From an uncultured Mycobacterium sp. (GTDB lineage: Bacteria; Actinomycetota; Actinomycetes; Mycobacteriales; Mycobacteriaceae): a DNA stretch of 32,516 nt. Shown here in pieces: positions 27,586 to 32,516 of this stretch. Position 1 is the first letter of the stretch. The number at the start of each line of letters is the position of its first letter. The stretch is taken from positions 1 to 32,516 of the forward strand of contig CAYVQQ010000004.1 in NCBI GenBank assembly GCA_964453085.1, in the 5' to 3' direction. The notes beneath the pieces were generated by a model. The model worked only from the letters and a program-made list of their open reading frames with translations. It was not told the origin of the DNA and searched no databases. The translations under genes were made by a program, and so were the position numbers.

Positions 27586-28848
27586 ATGATGGTCGTGCCG
27601 AGTTCCCACACCCCCGGCGTTGCCCCGGTCGTTGCCATGGTCGGCGGGGGCCAGCTCGCGCGGATGACCCACCAGGCCGCGATCGCCTTGGGGCAGACGT
27701 TGCGGGTGCTGGCCACCGCCGCCGAGCAGTCGGCCGCGCAGGTCACCCCCGACGTCGTGATCGGCTCGCACGTCGACCTGGAAGACCTGCGCCGGGTCGC
27801 GGCCGGGGCCGACGTGCTGACGTTCGACCACGAGCACGTCCCCACCGACCTGCTGGAGAAGCTCGTCGCCGAGGGTGTCAACGTCGCCCCGCCGCCCAAC
27901 GCGCTGGTGCATGCGCAGGACAAGCTGGTCATGCGCCGGCGGCTGGAGGCCCTCGGCGCCCCGGTGCCGCGCTACGCGCCGGTGGACAGCATCGACGACC
28001 TGGACGCATTCGCGCGCACCCTCGACGCCGGTGACGAAACCCCACTGGTGGTGAAGGCCGTGCGGGGCGGGTACGACGGGCGGGGAGTCTGGATGGCCCG
28101 CGATCTGAGGCAGGCCCGCGAGATCGCCGGCAAATGCCTGGACGACGGGCTGCCGACGCTGGTGGAGGAGCGGGTGACGCTGCGCCGTGAGCTGGCGGCG
28201 CTGGTGGCGCGCTCGCCGTTCGGCCAGGGCGCGGCGTGGCCGGTGGTGCAGACCGTGCAACGCGACGGGATCTGCGTGCAGGTGATCGCGCCCGCGCCGG
28301 CCCAGTCCGGGGAGTCGGCGGCCGCCGCCCAGCGGCTGGCGTTGCGGTTGGCCGCCGAGCTGGGTGTGGTCGGGGTACTGGCGGTTGAACTGTTCGAGAC
28401 GACTGACGGCGACCTGTTGGTCAACGAGCTCGCGATGAGGCCCCACAACTCCGGGCACTGGACCATGGACGGGTCGCGTACCAGTCAGTTCGAGCAGCAT
28501 CTGCGAGCGGTGCTGGACTACCCGCTCGGCGACACCGACGCGATCGCGCCGGTGACGGTGATGGCCAACGTCCTGGGCGCGCCGCTCGCACCGGACGCGC
28601 CCGCGTCGGCGGCGATGCCTGCGATGTCCATGGACGAGCGACTGCACCACCTGTTCGCGCGGATGCCCGACGCGCGGGTCCACCTGTACGGCAAGGCCGA
28701 ACGGCCGGGCCGCAAGATCGGGCACATCAATTTCCTGGGCACCGATGCGACGAATCTGGCGAACCTGCGGGAACGCGCCGAACTGGCGGCGCACTGGCTG
28801 GCGCACGGCCGATGGGCGGACGGATGGGACCCCCATGAGCGGCGCTAG
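27586..28848 (+). CDS. purK: N5-carboxyaminoimidazole ribonucleotide synthase
   Basis: [35 protein letters not shown] and RKIGH. Exact start uncertain. Confidence 0.96.
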   Translation: MMVVPSSHTPGVAPVVAMVGGGQLARMTHQAAIALGQTLRVLATAAEQSAAQVTPDVVIGSHVDLEDLRRVAAGADVLTFDHEHVPTDLLEKLVAEGVNVAPPPNALVHAQDKLVMRRRLEALGAPVPRYAPVDSIDDLDAFARTLDAGDETPLVVKAVRGGYDGRGVWMARDLRQAREIAGKCLDDGLPTLVEERVTLRRELAALVARSPFGQGAAWPVVQTVQRDGICVQVIAPAPAQSGESAAAAQRLALRLAAELGVVGVLAVELFETTDGDLLVNELAMRPHNSGHWTMDGSRTSQFEQHLRAVLDYPLGDTDAIAPVTVMANVLGAPLAPDAPASAAMPAMSMDERLHHLFARMPDARVHLYGKAERPGRKIGHINFLGTDATNLANLRERAELAAHWLAHGRWADGWDPHERR

Positions 28849-29353
28849 CCCCCGCGTCGGGGTCATCATGGGCAGCGACAGCGACTGGTCGGTGATGACC
28901 GACGCGGCCGCCGCGCTCGCCGAGTTCGGCATCCGGGCCGAGGCCCGGGTGGTGTCGGCGCACCGCACGCCGCAGGTGATGTTCGACTACGCGCGCGGCG
29001 CGGCCGACCGCGGCATCGAGGTGATCATCGCCGGGGCGGGCGGCGCCGCCCACCTGCCCGGGATGGTCGCCGCGGTGACGCCGCTGCCGGTGATCGGGGT
29101 GCCGGTGCCGCTGGCGCGCCTGGACGGCCTGGACTCGCTGCTGTCGATCGTGCAGATGCCCGCGGGTGTCCCGGTGGCCACGGTCTCCATCGGGGGCGCC
29201 CGCAACGCCGGTCTGCTGGCCGTGCGCATCCTCGCCTCGTCCGACCCGGCGCTGCGGGCCCGCGTCGTCGCGTTCCAGGACCGGCTGGCCGAGAGCGTGC
29301 AGGCCAAGGATGCGGCGGTGCAGCGGCTGCACGGTAAAGTTACCGGCGAGTAG
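28835..29353 (+). CDS. purE: N5-CAIR mutase
   Basis: [24 protein letters not shown] and [11 protein letters not shown]. Confidence 0.97.
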   Translation: MSGASPRVGVIMGSDSDWSVMTDAAAALAEFGIRAEARVVSAHRTPQVMFDYARGAADRGIEVIIAGAGGAAHLPGMVAAVTPLPVIGVPVPLARLDGLDSLLSIVQMPAGVPVATVSIGGARNAGLLAVRILASSDPALRARVVAFQDRLAESVQAKDAAVQRLHGKVTGE

Positions 29354-29369
29354 CGCAGGGAGGCTCGAG

Positions 29370-30539
29370 ATGCCTGAATGGACCGGAAATCCGTCGTTCG
29401 ACCTGTTCGCACTGCCCGAAGAGCACCGGGAGTTGCGGGCGGCGATCCGGGCGTTGGCGGAGAAGGAGATCGCGCCGCACGCCGCCGAGGTGGACGAGAA
29501 GTCGCGGTTCCCGCAGGAGGCCCTGGACGCGTTGAACGCTTCGGGTTTCAACGCGGTGCACATACCCGAAGAGTATGGCGGTCAGGGCGCGGATTCGGTG
29601 GCGACGTGCATCGTCATCGAGGAGGTGGCCCGGGTCGACGCGTCGGCGTCGCTGATTCCCGCGGTCAACAAGCTGGGCACCATGGGTCTGATCCTGCGGG
29701 GGTCTGAGGAACTCAAGAAGCGGGTGCTGCCGCAGATCGCCGACGGCACCGGTACGGCGTCCTATGCGCTGTCTGAGCGCGAGTCCGGAAGCGACGCGGC
29801 CGCGATGCGCACCCGGGCCAGGGCCGAGGGGGACGACTGGATCCTCAACGGCGCCAAGTGCTGGGTCACCAACGGCGGGGTGTCGAGCTGGTACGCGGTG
29901 ATGGCGGTGACCGATCCGGACAAGGGCGCCAACGGGATCTCGTCGTTCATGGTGCACGCCGACGACGAGGGGTTCACCGTCGGTCCGAAAGAGCGCAAGC
30001 TCGGGATCAAGGGCTCACCGACGACCGAGTTGTACTTCGAGAACTGCCGTATCCCGGGCGATCGGATCATCGGGGAGCCGGGTACCGGATTCAAGACCGC
30101 GCTGGCCACCCTGGACCACACCCGGCCCACGATCGGGGCGCAGGCGGTGGGCATCGCCCAGGGCGCGGTGGACGCCGCGATCGCCTACACCAAACAGCGC
30201 AGACAGTTCGGCCGGCCGGTCAGCGACAACCAGGGTGTGCAGTTCATGCTGGCTGACATGGCGATGAAGGTCGAGGCCGCCCGGCTGATGGTGTATCACG
30301 CCGCCGCGCGCGCCGAGCGCGGCGAATCCAACCTGGGCTTCATCTCGGCGGCCTCGAAGTGCTTCGCCTCCGACGTCGCGATGGAGGTGACCACCGACGC
30401 GGTGCAACTGTTCGGCGGTTACGGCTATACCTCCGACTTCCCGGTCGAGCGGATGATGCGCGACGCCAAGATCACCCAGATCTATGAGGGCACCAACCAG
30501 ATCCAGCGCGTCGTGATGTCGCGCGCACTGTTGCGCTGA
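29370..30539 (+). CDS. fadE25: Acyl-CoA dehydrogenase
   Basis: YALSE...GSD, NGAKCWV, R.QFG, QLFGGYGY and IYEGTNQIQ. Follows purE as in M. tuberculosis. RBS GGGAGG. Confidence 0.92.
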   Translation: MPEWTGNPSFDLFALPEEHRELRAAIRALAEKEIAPHAAEVDEKSRFPQEALDALNASGFNAVHIPEEYGGQGADSVATCIVIEEVARVDASASLIPAVNKLGTMGLILRGSEELKKRVLPQIADGTGTASYALSERESGSDAAAMRTRARAEGDDWILNGAKCWVTNGGVSSWYAVMAVTDPDKGANGISSFMVHADDEGFTVGPKERKLGIKGSPTTELYFENCRIPGDRIIGEPGTGFKTALATLDHTRPTIGAQAVGIAQGAVDAAIAYTKQRRQFGRPVSDNQGVQFMLADMAMKVEAARLMVYHAAARAERGESNLGFISAASKCFASDVAMEVTTDAVQLFGGYGYTSDFPVERMMRDAKITQIYEGTNQIQRVVMSRALLR

Positions 30540-30540
30540 C

Positions 30541-30560
30541 CCGGCCGTCGGTGCGGCCGG
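30541..30560 (+). terminator. GC hairpin immediately after fadE25
   Basis: ccggccg-tcggtg-cggccgg (7-bp stem). Confidence 0.35.
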
Positions 30561-30861
30561 CGCAGCATGTTCGGCCTGCGGCCTGCCGCCACCATCTGGG
30601 CCGTGGGAGTTCCGCGGAGTCCATCGTGTCCCCCGGACGGCCCAAGGACCGGCATCGCGACCGCCGTGGAGAATCTAAAGCCGGAACCATCCGGACCGAC
30701 ATGTCCCGCACCGACGGCACCCGGTTCGGGTTCAACCTGCCCGTGCCCCGGTCTCCGCAGGGCCGGCCACCGCAGGCAGACCGGGCTGAACGACGTTCAA
30801 GCCCGAGTTCAGCAGCGACTTCGGCCATTCAGGTGGTCCGGCTGCCGGGTCTGGCCTGTGC

Positions 30862-31761
30862 TCACGACTCCGAATGACGACGGGCCCGCCAGGCGACCAG
30901 CCGCCCGAGGGCGATCAGTACGAGCAGCAAGATGATCAGCAGGAAGGCCGAGTCGTAGGACAGGTTTCGCGCCGACCGGGACGGCTGATTGTAGAACGTC
31001 CAGATCGGATACGTCAGGTAAGCCACCGGCGAACCGGTGAGCGCCCCGGTGGGGGGTGAATCGGACCAGCCGGCGGTGTAGAGCATGGGCGCGGTCTCCC
31101 CGATCGCCAACGCCACGGCCACCAGCATGCCGGTGACGATGCCGGGCAGCGCGGTCTTCAGCACGATCCTGCGCAGCACCCAGCCGGAGGGTAGCCCGAG
31201 CGCTTCCGCCCCTTCCCGGTACGACGTCGGCACCTGGCCCAGGGCGGACTCGGTGGCCTTGGCGATGTAGGGAATGCTCATCACCGACAGCGTCAAGACA
31301 CCGGCGGCCAGCGAGAATCCCCAGTCGAAGTACACGACCAGCGTGAGGTAGCCGACGTAGCCGAGCACGATGGACGGGATCCCGGACAACACCTCGTAGG
31401 CGCCACGCAGAATCGAACGTGTTCTGCCGGTGGCGAACTCGGAGAGGTAGAGTCCCGCCAGCACGCTCACGGCGCCACCCACCAGAACGACGCCGAGGCC
31501 CAGGACCGCGGTGCCGATGATGGCATTGCGCAGGCCGCCGCCATTGCCGTTGCTGTCCTGCACCAGCACGCTGAAGCGGAACACCGGCAGGGCGCGGCCG
31601 ACCACGCCGATCAGCATCCACAGCGTCGGGAGGATCACCAGGGCCAGACAGCACAAGCAGGCCGCCCAGAACAGCGCGTCGACGATCTTGCGCCGCCTCG
31701 CGACGGATCGCCGCGGGGGGGACGCCGATATCCCGCCGGTGGCAGTCACCGATGCGCTCAC
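30862..31761 (-). CDS. pstA: Phosphate ABC transporter permease PstA (PstA2-like)
   Basis: [13 protein letters not shown]-like loop YREGAEALG and AIGETAP. Matches recalled Rv0936. Confidence 0.94.
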   Translation of the reverse strand: MSASVTATGGISASPPRRSVARRRKIVDALFWAACLCCLALVILPTLWMLIGVVGRALPVFRFSVLVQDSNGNGGGLRNAIIGTAVLGLGVVLVGGAVSVLAGLYLSEFATGRTRSILRGAYEVLSGIPSIVLGYVGYLTLVVYFDWGFSLAAGVLTLSVMSIPYIAKATESALGQVPTSYREGAEALGLPSGWVLRRIVLKTALPGIVTGMLVAVALAIGETAPMLYTAGWSDSPPTGALTGSPVAYLTYPIWTFYNQPSRSARNLSYDSAFLLIILLLVLIALGRLVAWRARRHSES

Positions 31762-31764
31762 CCT

Positions 31765-32516
31765 TCAGATACCCCGTCCGACCGGCAGCGCGGTGCCCGA
31801 CGTCCGGCGCACCAGCGCCCGAGCGGCCATGTTGGTCAGCATCGTGATCACCATGAGCACCAGTCCCGCCTCGGCAAGGGTTTTCACCGCGAAGTTGGTG
31901 GAGTCGGTCATCGCCGAATCCAGTTGCGAGACGACGGTGGCGGCAATGGTGGTCATGGTCGAGTAGATGTTGGTCGGCATCGCGCCCAGCATCGCCCCGG
32001 AGACCATCGCCACGGCCATCGTCTCGCCCAGCGCTCGACCGAGGCCGAGCACCACGGCGCCGATGACACCGCTGGACACCCACGGCAGCGTCACCCGGCG
32101 CGCGCATTCCCACTGCGACATGCCCAGCGCGATCGCCCCCTCGCGCGGCAGCGGTGGCACCTGGCGGATCAGATCACGGGTGGTGCTGGCGATGATCGGG
32201 ATGACCATCACCGCCAGCACCAGACCTGACACCAGCATGCCTTCGCCGTTGCCGGTGTCGCCGCGAAAATAGGCGAGCACCCCGACGTCGGGGGCGGTGC
32301 GGGCGATCACCGGGGCGACATGGTGGGCGATGAACGGCCCGAACGTCGTCGCTCCCCACAGGCCGACGATGACGCTGGGGATGCCGGCCAGCAGTTCCAG
32401 CATCATGCCGACCGCCGAAGCGAGCCGCGAGGGCAGTCGTTCCACGAGGGCGAACGCCGCGCCGATGGACACCGGCACGGCGACGATCAGGGCGATTGCC
32501 GAGCTCGCCAGGGTGC
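31765..32516 (-). CDS. pstC: Phosphate ABC transporter permease PstC (PstC1-like); 5' end beyond the window
   Basis: [23 protein letters not shown] and [10 protein letters not shown]. Confidence 0.93.
   Translation of the reverse strand, partial: TLASSAIALIVAVPVSIGAAFALVERLPSRLASAVGMMLELLAGIPSVIVGLWGATTFGPFIAHHVAPVIARTAPDVGVLAYFRGDTGNGEGMLVSGLVLAVMVIPIIASTTRDLIRQVPPLPREGAIALGMSQWECARRVTLPWVSSGVIGAVVLGLGRALGETMAVAMVSGAMLGAMPTNIYSTMTTIAATVVSQLDSAMTDSTNFAVKTLAEAGLVLMVITMLTNMAARALVRRTSGTALPVGRGI

Overview
High-GC Mycobacterium chromosomal segment, recognisable from memory as the M. tuberculosis Rv3298c-Rv3274c neighbourhood: lpqC, nei, lhr, TetR, Rv3289c-like, usfX/rsbW, sigF, accA3, sufE relic, sseA, maf, accE5, accD5, birA, PH-domain protein, gtrA, purK, purE, fadE25. 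The left 8 kb is an accessory divalent-cation (probably Mg2+) transport cluster. It holds an MgtA-type P-ATPase with an atypical M4 motif, a relic of a second P-ATPase, two equal-length NRAMP-related (DNDAGG-type) paralogs, and a soluble MgtE-N/CBS protein with no pore that is translationally coupled to the second paralog. Three small secreted Cys-containing proteins (two DUF732), a 24-bp tandem repeat and an orphan pstS follow. The right end carries pstA2/pstC1-type permease genes. The core region shows local gene decay: a sufE pseudogene, a probable usfY remnant, and no pcd/lrpA/lat. It also has well-formed regulatory signals: two SigF promoters, a PafBC/RecA-NDp-type promoter for lhr-nei, and many leaderless starts. 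Orthology calls rest on recalled protein sequences and motifs, not on database searches. No rRNA, tRNA, CRISPR or IS element was seen.
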